IMG/VR virus record: IMGVR_UViG_3300032288_004867
Coordinates: 1 to 59,347 of that record
Length of the DNA stretch: 59,347 nt
Direction: 5' to 3' (one strand)
Origin: a virus
Lineage: Duplodnaviria > Caudoviricetes
The notes under the pieces were generated by a model. That model was not told where the DNA came from, ran no database searches, and saw only the letters and a list, made by a program, of their open reading frames with translations. Positions 38,330 to 48,900 of this stretch are shown piece after piece; within the stretch, counting starts at the first letter, position 1; each line of letters begins with the position of its first letter. The position numbers and the translations under genes are program-made.

Positions 38330-41300
38330 TTAGAAATTCCATTCAGATTCTTCATCTTGTTCTTTATATTCAGTTTCAAATTTACCAATATCATAACCTT
38401 CAGCTATCATTTCATCTTCTGGTTCATTATTTTCAATAAATGTTGTAGTTGTTGATGAAGAATATGTTATAGTATCACCAGACATTTCTTTCATTTCAGC
38501 TTTATAGTCTAACCACATATCATACATATTATCAGCCCCAGATTCAACAGAATTATACCAAATGTTTCTTTCTTTAGCATCATCTTCATATTCAAATATT
38601 ATGGATGAATCAAATAAAATTTCACCCCATTTTATAGATATTAAATTATTATTATCATCCAGGTCAATTAAAGATTCTATTTCTATTGGTAATTTACCAT
38701 ATTTACCTAATCTATCATAATCCTTAACTTCCATCCTTTTGAATAGATTAATTAAATCTCTTTTTTCTTGTTTAATACCCTCTATTTTGGCAATTCTCAT
38801 TCGCTCTAAATAATCTGATGTCATTTCAGACCATTTATCTTCTTCCATGAAATTAGGTAATTTATTTACAGATAACCAAAATTTAATTTCACGGTCTTCC
38901 ATTTGCATTAAATCCTTTTCATAATCATCTTGGTCCTCAGGCTCAATAGGTTTACCACCAACTAATTTACATTCAGATTCAGTAAAAACACTTCGTTGTT
39001 GTAATTTCATTAATTTAGTTTTCTTATCCTTTTCAACACTAATTAATATTTTATTTCTTATTTCTGGGTCAAAACAAACAAGCAGTGGTTCTATCCTAGT
39101 ATTTAATGCTTCTAAATATTTTGCAACATTATAATCTTCCATTAATAAATTAGGGTTTGTTTCGATTTGTTCTTGTGGTATTAAAACACAATTGAATTGT
39201 ACCTCAACTGAACCAGTTTCTTTATTTTTAACAGCTTTTATATCACTATGTGACTTTGCTAAACCAGTATTAATATAATAAATTACATCACCTATATCAA
39301 CCTTTAAATTATGTTTTAAAGCTAATTCCATATGGGCTTGTCTAGACTTGGAATTACCAGCTTTATTTTTTTGATTGCAATAAGTATTTTTGTAGTTATC
39401 TAAAGTCATTTTAACTTTTGATTTGGATGCGATTTTAATTGCTGGGATTTGGTAATTATATATTCTATTTACAGTATCATAGTATAATTCTATAAATTCA
39501 TAACCTTTACCATCTAAAAGTAAACCAACGCCTTCATTTATAAATTCCTCAATATAAGTAGACATTGATTTTGATTTGATAGTATTACCAACCAATTTTA
39601 CTTTACCATCAATTTTGTTTGCGTAATTCTTTCTTTTAAAGTTTATCGATGAATCATAAATATCATCGATATCTAGACCCATTCTACCTTCCATATATGT
39701 TTCATTAAATTCAGCTAATGTCGCATCTAATCCAGTTAATAATGTACCTGGTTTATACTTGTTAGTTTTCCAATGTGATGCTTTAACAACGTATGTAATT
39801 TCATTAATATTTTCAGGTATTACGAAGTTACAACCATCAGTATCTAATACGAGTGGTTCAAAGTTATATTTACCTTTGAAGAATCTAACCATTAAACGTA
39901 ATGATTGTCTACCACGACATGTTGTTTCTTCAGCGCAATCAGTATCACCCCATGGGAATAAATAAGGTGCACCATATGAACCAAACCATGAGTTAGCTAG
40001 AATCTTAAGTGGTAACTGTTTTTTATCGTAATCAGAACTTATCTTAGATTCTTTATTAATCATTTCTTTAGCCTTACTAATCCTTTCTGTAGTTAGTTTG
40101 TGTTGATTAATTTCTAATAACTCTTTAAGTCTTTTTGATTCATCTTTATGTTCACCAGTTAAGAATTTAAACTCATCACGTTTATCAACTACGTAAGTCA
40201 ACAATCCTTCCATTACACCAGTAATATCTAATTCTGGGAATATTAACCAAGTTAACTGAGTTTTAGGGTATAGTGCAGCAAAGTCAAATTTAACAACACC
40301 ACCACTTCCAGCATATCCAACTTTTAATAATCTAGATAAACCACCTGTGAATTCTCTTTTCTTTTGTAAGCTAGGGATACCTAAACCATTTTCATATGAC
40401 CATGCAGCCATAATTAATTTCCATTGACCAGCGGTACCCATTGTTGAACTTCGCATATATGAAGTTGGTAAAATCTTGGCTAATAAGAATGATGCTTGAT
40501 TGTATATATAATCAACTTGTTCTGTTTCCCAAAGGTCATCTAATAGATATCGCTGAACAATATAATCACCTTTAACCACTTTAATTGATTCTTGTAATTC
40601 ATTAGCGTATTCAGAACCATCTAATAAACCCCATGAACCATTTTCATCATTAAACCAATAATCACGAGTATCAGCCCATGTTGAATTAATTTTATCACCT
40701 GGAACATAAACACGATTAGTTTTGGCAACTTTTGAAAATTTGGTAATGTATTTTAAAGTCCATTGTTTAATATCTGAATTAATTGCTTGGGCTCTACGAA
40801 CCGCATGAGATATATCCAACACATTATATCCCCACATATATGTTTGAAGATAATTAATTGTTTCTTGACCAAGTTTTAACTGTGAATCTTTTCTTTTTAT
40901 TTTAATATTTGGATTTAATGTTTTAACAACATCTTCAAATGTTAATGATAGTCTTTCACATCTCCTTTCGATAAATGGCCAGTCAAAGTTTTCAGAGTTA
41001 TAGGCTGTAATTAAATCTGGTTTTAATCTGTGTATTATTTTGAAAAATTCAATAATGTTAGCTTTTTCAGAATCTCTACGTTCTTTTGGTGTATCACCTT
41101 TAGTTTCTAATATACTTTCATAACCTCGATTATCTCTAATACCAATTTGGAATATTTCATGTCTGCTAGCATCTAACCCAGCAGTTTCAAGGTCAAATTG
41201 TAATCTATGTAAGTCGTTATAGTCTTCCATACCTTTGAACAATCTTTTACCTGTTTGTATTAAAAATTGTTCACTTGGTGAAAGAACTAAAAATAAATCT

Positions 41301-41704
41301 TTATATTTTTCAGACCAAATATCAATACCACCGTCTCTAAAAAAACCAATTAAACTACTATATCCGTTTTTTGTTTCAGCTAAGAACTTATAACCACTGT
41401 TCATTCTATCAGGTACAAACCCATCATCAGTACTAATCCTTAATGGTTTAATTTTCACATTAAACCTTTGCATAGCTTCTCTAATTTTACTTTTAGAACC
41501 ACCATACATTAGTTTAGCAACTTCTTGCTTTATCCAAATAAATGGTTTATATTCGTGTCTTTCAATTCTTTTACCATTTTCTGGGTCATTGATTATTAAA
41601 TCAACAAAATTATCACTATAAGTTGATTCAATACCAACTATATATTGTTGTGGGTCATTACCCTCAAGAAATTGTTCGATTACATCAAAACTAACTTTAC
41701 TCAT
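38330..41704 (-). CDS. Family B DNA polymerase with 3'-5' exonuclease
   Basis: ExoI FDLET, ExoII YNSENFD, ExoIII YLLDD. Polymerase motifs DFAALYP, KILANSWFG, DTDG, KRKNYA. Confidence 0.95.
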   Translation of the reverse strand: MSKVSFDVIEQFLEGNDPQQYIVGIESTYSDNFVDLIINDPENGKRIERHEYKPFIWIKQEVAKLMYGGSKSKIREAMQRFNVKIKPLRISTDDGFVPDRMNSGYKFLAETKNGYSSLIGFFRDGGIDIWSEKYKDLFLVLSPSEQFLIQTGKRLFKGMEDYNDLHRLQFDLETAGLDASRHEIFQIGIRDNRGYESILETKGDTPKERRDSEKANIIEFFKIIHRLKPDLITAYNSENFDWPFIERRCERLSLTFEDVVKTLNPNIKIKRKDSQLKLGQETINYLQTYMWGYNVLDISHAVRRAQAINSDIKQWTLKYITKFSKVAKTNRVYVPGDKINSTWADTRDYWFNDENGSWGLLDGSEYANELQESIKVVKGDYIVQRYLLDDLWETEQVDYIYNQASFLLAKILPTSYMRSSTMGTAGQWKLIMAAWSYENGLGIPSLQKKREFTGGLSRLLKVGYAGSGGVVKFDFAALYPKTQLTWLIFPELDITGVMEGLLTYVVDKRDEFKFLTGEHKDESKRLKELLEINQHKLTTERISKAKEMINKESKISSDYDKKQLPLKILANSWFGSYGAPYLFPWGDTDCAEETTCRGRQSLRLMVRFFKGKYNFEPLVLDTDGCNFVIPENINEITYVVKASHWKTNKYKPGTLLTGLDATLAEFNETYMEGRMGLDIDDIYDSSINFKRKNYANKIDGKVKLVGNTIKSKSMSTYIEEFINEGVGLLLDGKGYEFIELYYDTVNRIYNYQIPAIKIASKSKVKMTLDNYKNTYCNQKNKAGNSKSRQAHMELALKHNLKVDIGDVIYYINTGLAKSHSDIKAVKNKETGSVEVQFNCVLIPQEQIETNPNLLMEDYNVAKYLEALNTRIEPLLVCFDPEIRNKILISVEKDKKTKLMKLQQRSVFTESECKLVGGKPIEPEDQDDYEKDLMQMEDREIKFWLSVNKLPNFMEEDKWSEMTSDYLERMRIAKIEGIKQEKRDLINLFKRMEVKDYDRLGKYGKLPIEIESLIDLDDNNNLISIKWGEILFDSSIIFEYEDDAKERNIWYNSVESGADNMYDMWLDYKAEMKEMSGDTITYSSSTTTTFIENNEPEDEMIAEGYDIGKFETEYKEQDEESEWNF

Positions 41705-41719
41705 TTAATTTATTTTGAG

Positions 41720-41750
41720 CAAATATATGATAAAAGGTTTGTTAAATCAA
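41720..41750 (-). promoter_or_regulatory. Bacteroidota primary-sigma-type promoter (-33/-7) for the DNA polymerase
   Basis: TTG-N20-TATATTTG matches TTG-N19..21-TAnnTTTG. Confidence 0.7.
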
Positions 41751-41771
41751 CTAATTTAACTTAAATTTTTA

Positions 41772-41794
41772 TTAACCGTTTTAAAAACGGTTAA
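41772..41794. promoter_or_regulatory. Perfect inverted repeat upstream of the polymerase promoter
   Basis: TTAACCGTTTT-A-AAAACGGTTAA. Confidence 0.55.
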
Positions 41795-41830
41795 AATTAC
41801 TATTTTTTTATTAGAAATGCAACAATTTTT

Positions 41831-42199
41831 TTATTTTTTTATACTACCATCTAAAATGTGTATGTATAATTCTTCCCTGATTGGAACTATCAATGTACCA
41901 CCACCATCTAAAAATTCAATAATAAATTGACCAATATATGTTCCAGGTTTTTTTGTTTCTTTTTCTGAAAATTTATAACCAATATAGTATTCTTCAGTAC
42001 CACATGATGAATCTTTTGGTAAACAAAGTGCTGGTTTTTTACCAATAACCTTAATACCAGTTTCTAATTCAGCCATAGAAAAATATATGTTAGAATTTTG
42101 TATTAATTCATATAATTTAGACATATCATTTCTACCATCTTGAATTACATCTAATTTCATGATTGGTAATGTAGCATTTTTGTTTATGTAGAAATCCAT
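41831..42199 (-). CDS. Small virion structural protein (BppU-N-like)
   Basis: MDFYINKNATLP...Y.F...T..PG.Y.GQF.IEF..G.L.VP. Confidence 0.55.
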   Translation of the reverse strand: MDFYINKNATLPIMKLDVIQDGRNDMSKLYELIQNSNIYFSMAELETGIKVIGKKPALCLPKDSSCGTEEYYIGYKFSEKETKKPGTYIGQFIIEFLDGGGTLIVPIREELYIHILDGSIKK

Positions 42200-42222
42200 A
42201 AAGTTTTTTATTATAAATATCT

Positions 42223-43272
42223 TTAATTTTTAAATTCTAAATATTTTTTTATGGATTCAATGACAGTATCTGGGTGTGTTATATTTAATGCATTATAGTC
42301 AATATTTTTTAAATCTGGATTAGCAGATATTCTTGTAACATTACTTTTAAATTCATGGTCAATATGTGTGACATCACTAATTAAAAACGTGTAAGTGTTA
42401 ACACCCCACGCTAACCAAGATAAACCAGAACTAAGACCCATAAAAAAATCAGCATTTTTTAATGTGAGACCCCTATCCATTATTGATTTGTTACCAGTTA
42501 AATCAATAACATTTGTTAATGTGGTTGGTTCTTTAGAAATAACTAAAACATCATACCCTAATGATACTAAGAAATCAACAATAATTTGCCAACCACCTGG
42601 GTATTTCCAATGTTTTTTCTCATGACTTGCATATTCAGAAATACATACATATTTTTTACCGTAATTAATGTTACTAAATTGAAGTTCTAATTGAGGTCTT
42701 AATTCCACTAATGGTAAATAAAGTAATGAACTAGCAACATTTTGCAATGGAACATAATCAACAGATACAGGTGAATATTTTGGTGTTAAATCATGTGTGG
42801 CACCTATATAATATTGAGTATATATATTATCTACATTTGTGTTAGGGGCAACAAATAATATTTCTTTATATATATTTTTAAATAAATCATTAAAAAACGT
42901 TGAACATATTACTTTACAGTTTCTTAATTTTCTGAATTCATCAACATATGCAATCCAAGCGATATTATCACCTAAAGCATGAGCATCCATTTTTATAAAG
43001 ACAACTTCATTAGTAACATCAAAAATATCTCGACCTATTAATTTACCATTTTCATAAATTTCTATTTGCCAATCATTATACCATTGATTAAAATTAGCAA
43101 AAACAGTTTCATTTGTTTTACATTTTGTACGTTTTACCGTATAAATACCATCTTTTTTTACTATATTAAATAAAACTTCATATTCAGATGGTATATCCCC
43201 ATAAACAGAAACCGAAGGTGCGTTAGCTTCCTTCGGTAATGTTGTTTTGTAATTAAAGTTAGCGTAATTCAT
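42223..43272 (-). CDS. GT-B glycosyltransferase, autotransporter O-heptosyltransferase (Aah/TibC)-like
   Basis: ALGDNIAWIAYVDEFR, KYVCIS...KHW..PGGWQ..VD.L...GY.V, DLTG, ADFFMGLSSGLSWLAWG. Confidence 0.8.
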   Translation of the reverse strand: MNYANFNYKTTLPKEANAPSVSVYGDIPSEYEVLFNIVKKDGIYTVKRTKCKTNETVFANFNQWYNDWQIEIYENGKLIGRDIFDVTNEVVFIKMDAHALGDNIAWIAYVDEFRKLRNCKVICSTFFNDLFKNIYKEILFVAPNTNVDNIYTQYYIGATHDLTPKYSPVSVDYVPLQNVASSLLYLPLVELRPQLELQFSNINYGKKYVCISEYASHEKKHWKYPGGWQIIVDFLVSLGYDVLVISKEPTTLTNVIDLTGNKSIMDRGLTLKNADFFMGLSSGLSWLAWGVNTYTFLISDVTHIDHEFKSNVTRISANPDLKNIDYNALNITHPDTVIESIKKYLEFKN

Positions 43273-43315
43273 GATTAAATTATACTAACTTAATTCAGTA
43301 AGTAAATAGTATTAA

Positions 43316-43576
43316 TTATGCTTTTGGTGCTTCACCAATGATATCTTCTCTAACTACAGGTGTAGGTAATACCACTGGTTCAATTTTATCAACCACTAAT
43401 AATGCGTCATTAGTGTTTTTTAAAATAACGTCATTAGAATCAGCTTCAGCACCATCAAATGATACCGAATAAATCATAAATTCATTATCTGAAACTAATA
43501 CATTCCATCTACCTGATTCAAATGTTGCACGAACAATTTTAGTTAATGCAATTTCTTCTTGTGTTAATTTTGCCAT
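43316..43576 (-). CDS. Hypothetical protein
   Basis: 86-aa ORF with an A-rich leader and TATTTAT motif. Confidence 0.65.
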   Translation of the reverse strand: MAKLTQEEIALTKIVRATFESGRWNVLVSDNEFMIYSVSFDGAEADSNDVILKNTNDALLVVDKIEPVVLPTPVVREDIIGEAPKA

Positions 43577-43623
43577 TTTTTTTGTTTTTTTTTATTATTA
43601 TTTATTATATAAATATATGTAAA

Positions 43624-45957
43624 TTATAAAAAAGCTAAAGAAATCATAGTAGTTGTAACTGATGCGCTATTACGTCTAAAAGTGGTTAAAGGTAGATTAA
43701 ACAATAAATCTCTAGTACCATCTGGTTTGATTTTTATAATTCTTGTTGGGTTGTAATTTTGATATTGTATATAACCCACTAAATATATGTTACCCTTTGA
43801 ATCGATAAATATATTATTTATATTATTATTAGTAACCCCAGCTCTCATATTAAACGTTTCATCAATTGAACCATCGTAATTAAGTCTAATAAAAGCATTA
43901 TAAGGTTTGTTTTTATAAGTTGTAAAAGAACCAGCCACGTAAATTTTATCACCCCACATTTCCATATTATTTACAGTAGAATCAAACCCAGTACCATAAT
44001 TAAATGTATTATCAATGGAACCATCGGTATTTAACCTAATTATTCTATTTGCAGAAACACCTTTATATGTGGTAAAAACACCACCGACTAGTATTTTACC
44101 ATAATTATCAACTAAAATTTTATTTGTAAAAGAATTAAAACCTATTGAATTATCAAATGAATTATCTTTATACCCTGTTGATGTTAGTTTAATTATTCTA
44201 TTATTTGTTGAACCAGAAAATGTAGTAAAATCACCACCTAAATAAATGTTATTTGATGAATCAAAATCCATTGTATTATAAAATGCTAGTTGTAATCCAG
44301 CTCTATTAAATGTATTATCAATACTAGCATCTGGATTTATTTTAACAATTCTAGGTACTGAAACACCTTTATATGTTGTAAATCCACCCATAATAAATAA
44401 TTTACCAAGATTATCCTCGAATATGTTATTTACAGTATTATTTGCTCCCGTTGAAACACTTATTGCTGGATTTGGTGAACCGTCCATATTTAAACCTAAT
44501 AAACCAATAGCTCTATAAGATGAATTTAATAATGAATAATATTCAAAATAACCACCAATGTAGATATTATTAGTTTTTGATTTTAAAATTGAACGAGTAG
44601 AAAGATTATTTAAAACTCCAGCAGATATCCCATAATTCGGGTTAAACGAAGTATTAGTTTTAGCGTTATATGTTTTTAAGGAATATAATGCATTAGGTTC
44701 CTTATATGAATTAAATCTACCACCAATCACAAGATTATTTAAATTATCAAATTTGATAACATCAATTGTTTGACCATACCCATGACTACCATTATAATCA
44801 AAAGTGTTATCTAATGAACCATTACTATTTAACCTTATTAAATTATTAACAACTGTTGTATTTGAATTATACATAGTGAATATACCACCAACCACTACTT
44901 TATTGTTAACATCAATAGCTATTGATGTTAACAATAAAGCACTACTAGTTGAAAAACTATGTGTGAATGTAGTATCTTTACTACCATTATTGTTTAATTT
45001 TATGAGTCTATTATTAGTTGCACCATTATATGTAGTAAACCTACCACCAACATAAATTTTATCTGAACTATCAATAGTTATTTCACGTATTTCATCATTA
45101 AACCCAGTACCATAAACAAATGTACTATCAATGGAACCATTGGTATTTAATCTAATTATTCTATTTGCAGAAACACCTTGGTATGTAGTAAAAGTAGTAC
45201 CACCAACTACTATTTTACCTAATGAATCTAATTTAATTTTAGTAACTGAATTATTAAACCCAGTACCATAAACAAATGTACTATCAATGGAACCATCGGT
45301 ATTTAACCTAATTATTCTATTTGCAGAAACACCTTGGTATGTAGTAAAATTCCCACCAACTACTATTTTACCATCAGGTTGTATTTGTAATATATTTACA
45401 GTAGAATCAAACCCAGTACCATAAACAAATGTACTATCAATGGAACCATCAGTATTTAACCTAATTATTCTATTCGCAGAAACACCTTTATACGTTCTAA
45501 AATTCCCACCAACTACTATTTTACCATCAGGTTGTATTTGTAATATATTTACTGCTTCATTAAAACCAGTATCATAAACAAATGTATTATCAATGGAACC
45601 ATCGGTATTTAACCTAATTATTCTATTCGCAGAAATACTTTTATACGTGGTAAAATTACCACCAACATAATATTTATTATTAGAATCAATTACAATTTGG
45701 TTTATAATTGGGTATACACCACTATCGTTTACATCTAAAAAACCATAATCAACTATAAATGTATTATCAATAGAACCACCAGAAAAAATTCTAGCAATTC
45801 CACCACTATATTTATCAAACCCTTTAAAAAATCCAGCAACTAATATATTAGTGTTGTCATCGTCATATGTAACGTAATCAATATTATCAATGTTAGTATT
45901 AGTAACTGAATTAATTTTAGTTGTAGCTGAGAAATCTATGTTAAAAATTTTTGGCAT
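43624..45957 (-). CDS. Delta-60 repeat (DUF5122-type) beta-propeller protein
   Basis: About 13-14 repeats of GFNxxVxxIxIQPDGKIVVGGxFTTYxGVSANRIIRLNTDGSIDxTF. Confidence 0.85.
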   Translation of the reverse strand: MPKIFNIDFSATTKINSVTNTNIDNIDYVTYDDDNTNILVAGFFKGFDKYSGGIARIFSGGSIDNTFIVDYGFLDVNDSGVYPIINQIVIDSNNKYYVGGNFTTYKSISANRIIRLNTDGSIDNTFVYDTGFNEAVNILQIQPDGKIVVGGNFRTYKGVSANRIIRLNTDGSIDSTFVYGTGFDSTVNILQIQPDGKIVVGGNFTTYQGVSANRIIRLNTDGSIDSTFVYGTGFNNSVTKIKLDSLGKIVVGGTTFTTYQGVSANRIIRLNTNGSIDSTFVYGTGFNDEIREITIDSSDKIYVGGRFTTYNGATNNRLIKLNNNGSKDTTFTHSFSTSSALLLTSIAIDVNNKVVVGGIFTMYNSNTTVVNNLIRLNSNGSLDNTFDYNGSHGYGQTIDVIKFDNLNNLVIGGRFNSYKEPNALYSLKTYNAKTNTSFNPNYGISAGVLNNLSTRSILKSKTNNIYIGGYFEYYSLLNSSYRAIGLLGLNMDGSPNPAISVSTGANNTVNNIFEDNLGKLFIMGGFTTYKGVSVPRIVKINPDASIDNTFNRAGLQLAFYNTMDFDSSNNIYLGGDFTTFSGSTNNRIIKLTSTGYKDNSFDNSIGFNSFTNKILVDNYGKILVGGVFTTYKGVSANRIIRLNTDGSIDNTFNYGTGFDSTVNNMEMWGDKIYVAGSFTTYKNKPYNAFIRLNYDGSIDETFNMRAGVTNNNINNIFIDSKGNIYLVGYIQYQNYNPTRIIKIKPDGTRDLLFNLPLTTFRRNSASVTTTMISLAFL

Positions 45958-45958
45958 A

Positions 45959-48900
45959 TTATGTTAATTGAATAAATGTAGGGTCAACATTAAACATTAT
46001 TGAATTTGTATTAGCTAATTTATAACCAACCACTCTAACTATATAACCAACACCTGAAGGTGGGTATTCTGATATTAAACCATCAGTTGTTGTTAAATAT
46101 AATGGTTGACCAGCCGTACCTGTTAAAAATGTATTATTAGCAAAACCGTTTATTAACATACCATTTGTTGATGGGTTAGTACCAATTGCAATACCTATTA
46201 AACCAGTTGATTTTAATATATCTGAAGCATTTGTTTTGGCCCAAGTATTATCACTTTTTAAATAATAAACATAACCAGCTTCAGTTGTACCATTACCAAC
46301 CTTCAATATATCACCATTATAAGTGTTAGCTATATTTATATCTTGGAAAACTCTACTATTAGAAGATATTGTACTAACATCTCTATATTTTACGGAACCA
46401 TCAGATGCCCTAACTAATATATTTGTTAATGTATTATCACTTGAAGGTGTTGTTGCTATATTTAAATTAGGTACATATACTGTATCATTATATGTACCAA
46501 TAATACCTTGACCACCTAATACAACACTTCTATCTCCGTCTACCCTTGAACTAATTGAATGTATAAATGATGCATTACCATTAGCTCTTGAATTATTACC
46601 ACCAGCATGTGAATTAGTACCAATTGCGGTTGTATAAAAACCTTCAGCATGTGATGCAATACCAATTGCGGTAGTATATACACCTTCAGAATGTGACCAT
46701 TGACCACTAGCTGTTGTATTATCACCTTCAGCATGTGATGCCTGACCACTAGCTATTGTATAACTACCCTCAGCATGTGCTGATTTATTTGATGCAGTTG
46801 TTCCAGAACCCTCAGCATGTGATGCACTACCAGATGCCCTAGTACCAAAACCTTCAGCATGTGATGAATTACCTTGAGCAGTTGTTGACCTACCCTCAGA
46901 ATGTGATGTAGTACCACTTGCTGTTGTATTACTACCTTCAGCATGTGATGCCTGACCACTAGCTGTTGTATTAGCTCCTTCAGCATGTGCACCATAATTA
47001 CCAATAGCTTTTGTTGATTGACCTTCAGCATGTGAATAAGTACCACTAGCTAATGTTGCACCACCCTCAGCATGTGATAAATCACCACTAGCTGATGTAT
47101 AAAAACCTTCAGCATGTGATACATAACCAATAGCTTTTGTACCTGACCCTTCAGCATGTGACATATCACCATTAGCAGTTGTTTGACTACCCTCAGCGTG
47201 TGATGATGCACCATTTGCTGTTGTATTATTACCTTCAGCATGTGACGAATTACCAATTGCTATTGTATAACTACCCTCAGCATGTGCTGATGTATTTGAT
47301 GCTGATGTATAAGAACCTTCAGCATGTGAAGCTTCACCACTAGCTATTGTAACACCACCTTCAGCATGTGAATAATTACCAATTGCTGATGTACTATCAC
47401 CTTCAGCATGTGAATAAGTACCAAGTGCTTTCGTATTATCACCTTCAGCATGTGATGCACCACCACTAGCTGTTGTTTGATTACCTTCAGCATGTGAATA
47501 TAAACCAAAAGCAGTTGTAAAAATACCTTCAGCATGTGAGTAATCACCATTAGCTGTAGTGTTACCACCTTCAGCATGTGAAAATTGACCACTAGCTGTT
47601 GAACCAATTGATTGTAGTGAATTATGTAATGTTATTGGTGAACAACCATATAAATTAGAAATATATAAATCAGTAATACAAGAAGCTGATGTATTCCCAG
47701 TAAAATCTAAAGCTGATAAATCAACAGTATATGCTGATAATGAATTAACCCTATCAAAATATAACATATTATTTGATAAAGTTGTACCAGTTACTGATAA
47801 TGGTAAATTATTATATTCGGTAGATGATAAATGATAATATTCTCCTGGTGCACCACCTTGAATATTTAATAAATCATTATGGAATCCAGATGCATAACCA
47901 GATGGTTGGAATACTGTACCAAATGATGTTTGTGTAATACCAGTTAATTCACCAACTTTAACAATAATTCTACCAACTAAAAATGCATGTGAAGTTATTA
48001 ATTCTGGTAATGTTGGTTCAGAAGCTGATTCAGCTTCTAAAATTGATAAATACTCATTGTTACCATAAACTTCATATAAATGGTCATTTATTTCTTGACC
48101 TCTATAATAATAATTAACTATATAATTACCAGTTGTTGCTGATACTACATCATTACCATCATCATAATAAGTATTATTTAATGTATTTCCAGTTGTTGTA
48201 TATGTCCATGTACCACCACTATGGTAATTCTTAAAGAATATATCATCTTGTGAATTCACAGCAGTTAACTGTTGTCTATAAGGACCGTTCCAAGCAACAC
48301 CTGATGATAATAAAACAACACCAGTTGAACCACTTAAACCTAATGATAAACCACTTTCTCTTGCGAATCTATCGGTCATCATTAACCTATCATTAAGTTT
48401 ATTAGGTAATCCAGCTCCGTAATTACCAAATTCTAGAACATGTATAAAATTATTTAATCTATAAACAACCAAATATAATACAATATCACTATCATTTACT
48501 GTACCATCATTATTTAAAACTTCATAAATTGGATTACCATTATTGTAATTAATAACAATGTAATTCGTATCATTATCAACTAATGGGTTAATACCACCAG
48601 AACCAGAAACACCAGCTGAAACATTATAAACCATAATAGGTTCAATGTTATCTGAATTATTAAATAATGCTACTTTTAATGCTGGTAAATTAATTTGACC
48701 AGTTCCAGTTGAGGTCCAACCTGTTGCACCACTAATAACACCAGCTGAATATGTTGTGGTTGATGAAACCACAAAAGTACCACCTGTATTATTTGTGAAA
48801 GTAGTGAAACCATTATTATATGTACCACCAGTAGTATAAACGTCACTAAAACCACTAATTGATACTGTACCACCAGTATTATTTGTTAAAATTAATGTTT

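Noticed and set aside
38330-41704. Intein or intron in the polymerase or helicase
   Set aside because: Motifs are contiguous, with no splice-junction or homing-endonuclease motifs seen.
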